A stretch of DNA of 63,893 nt, the filler included, from Squatina squatina (lineage: Eukaryota): NCBI GenBank assembly GCA_031763465.1. It is 4 parts of 4 records of this genome, joined end to end, with 100 filler letters (N's around TTAATTAATTAA, not from the genome) between each part and the next. Parts side by side here need not be neighbours in the genome. Positions count along the whole stretch, not along the records: positions 50,921 to 63,893 come from JARFOE010000120.1; 3 more parts are not named here. The stretch is one strand, 5' to 3'. How positions within the stretch are numbered: the first letter of the stretch is position 1; every line of letters begins with the position of its first letter. Below the pieces are notes generated by a model. That model was not told the origin of the DNA. It saw nothing but the letters and a program-made list of their open reading frames with translations, and searched no databases. Below are positions 63,025 through 63,893 of this stretch, piece after piece. The position numbers were made by a program, and so were the translations under genes.

Positions 63025-63299
63025 NNNNNNNNNNNNNNNNNNNNNNNNNNNNNNNNNNNNNNNNNNNNNNNNNNNNNNNNNNNNNNNNNNNNNNNNNNNN
63101 NNNNNNNNNNNNNNNNNNNNNNNNTATTGGATTAGCAGCCGTGCTAAATTATTTCAATGTCAGTTTTGTAATCTTCATACTTAATAATGTAATTTTTCAG
63201 TGAGTTGTGTAAAGTTAGCTAATAGTCCCCTATTCTCCCCTTTAGACGAGCCAATTAATTGATTATTTCTTTTGATTAAACTCCCTCATGAATCATGTG

Positions 63300-63540
63300 G
63301 GTGGAGCAATTTTAAGCCCCCCCCCAAGGATGGGTGGGTTGGGGATGGGTGGGAGGTTATAGTTTAAAATTTCTCAAACCTGACCCCACTTTCGGTTTTA
63401 AGAGAGACGGATCGGAGGGCATGTGACCAATCCCGGATCGGTCAGTAAAGTCTTTTAAGGATGCTGCCTCCATTTTACCTAAAGTTTTGTTTTTAACCAA
63501 TAGAGGCTGGGTTTGCCAGGCCACAGGAATACCACAGCAA
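63300..63540. mobile_element. Terminal fragment of a non-autonomous DNA transposon
   Basis: gcaattttaagcccccc...gatgggtgggttgggg; inverted relative of 39800-40090. Confidence 0.45.
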
Positions 63541-63893
63541 GTTATTCAAAAACTGATCAAAGTTAAACAGAGGCAGGAGGAGTTTTGCACCTCTGAGTGT
63601 CCTGCTCTAGCAATTTCTGTAGTCTTTGTGGTTTATAAGCAGTGAATCTTTCATTATATTTGGGGGCTAATTTTGTACATGTAAATGGATCTTTACTGAT
63701 TTGTTGCCTTTGTATCGTTCTGCCAGAGCAAAGAAAAAGAACAAACCTCTAAACCTGAAGATCCACAATAGTGTTGGTAGCTGCGAGAACATCCCTGCTC
63801 AGCGTTCCCCTCTTCTCTCTGAACGTTCGTTGCGCTCCTTCTTTGTGGGATACCCGTCTTTTCTTCCTTCTACACCTCCAGTTCATACTGAAG

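Overview
Eukaryotic (vertebrate) genomic DNA, very probably from a cartilaginous fish (shark-type CR1 tails, Deu-SINE, Penelope and Harbinger repeats), from a heavily fragmented assembly. Short contigs are joined by 100-N gaps, and four larger blocks are concatenated with an artificial N44-TTAATTAATTAA-N44 spacer (17975-18074, 37356-37455, 50821-50920). Block 1 has a PKD2L1 exon, an intact single-exon ATOH7 and four MYPN exons convergent with it. Block 2 has the last two exons of an NGFR/p75NTR-family gene with a polyglutamine insertion. Block 3 has two TRPC6-like exons (one with an in-frame TAG), a PLSCR exon, the last exon of an ANGPTL5-like gene and a large NEXMIF-like exon. Block 4 has two KSR2 exons and a spliced Harbinger Myb/SANT gene remnant. 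The rest is LINE (CR1, L2, RTE, Penelope), SINE and Harbinger/MITE debris plus possible non-coding enhancers. I found no prokaryote-type system (CRISPR, operon, phage) and no convincing novel multi-gene system. The best leads are the divergent, stop-containing TRPC6-like gene in a TRPC6/ANGPTL5/NEXMIF-like block (possible lost-in-mammals paralog cluster), the polyQ NGFR, and a decayed Penelope hammerhead ribozyme. Gene names come from my recall of the vertebrate proteins, not from database searches. Distances and adjacency across N gaps are unreliable.
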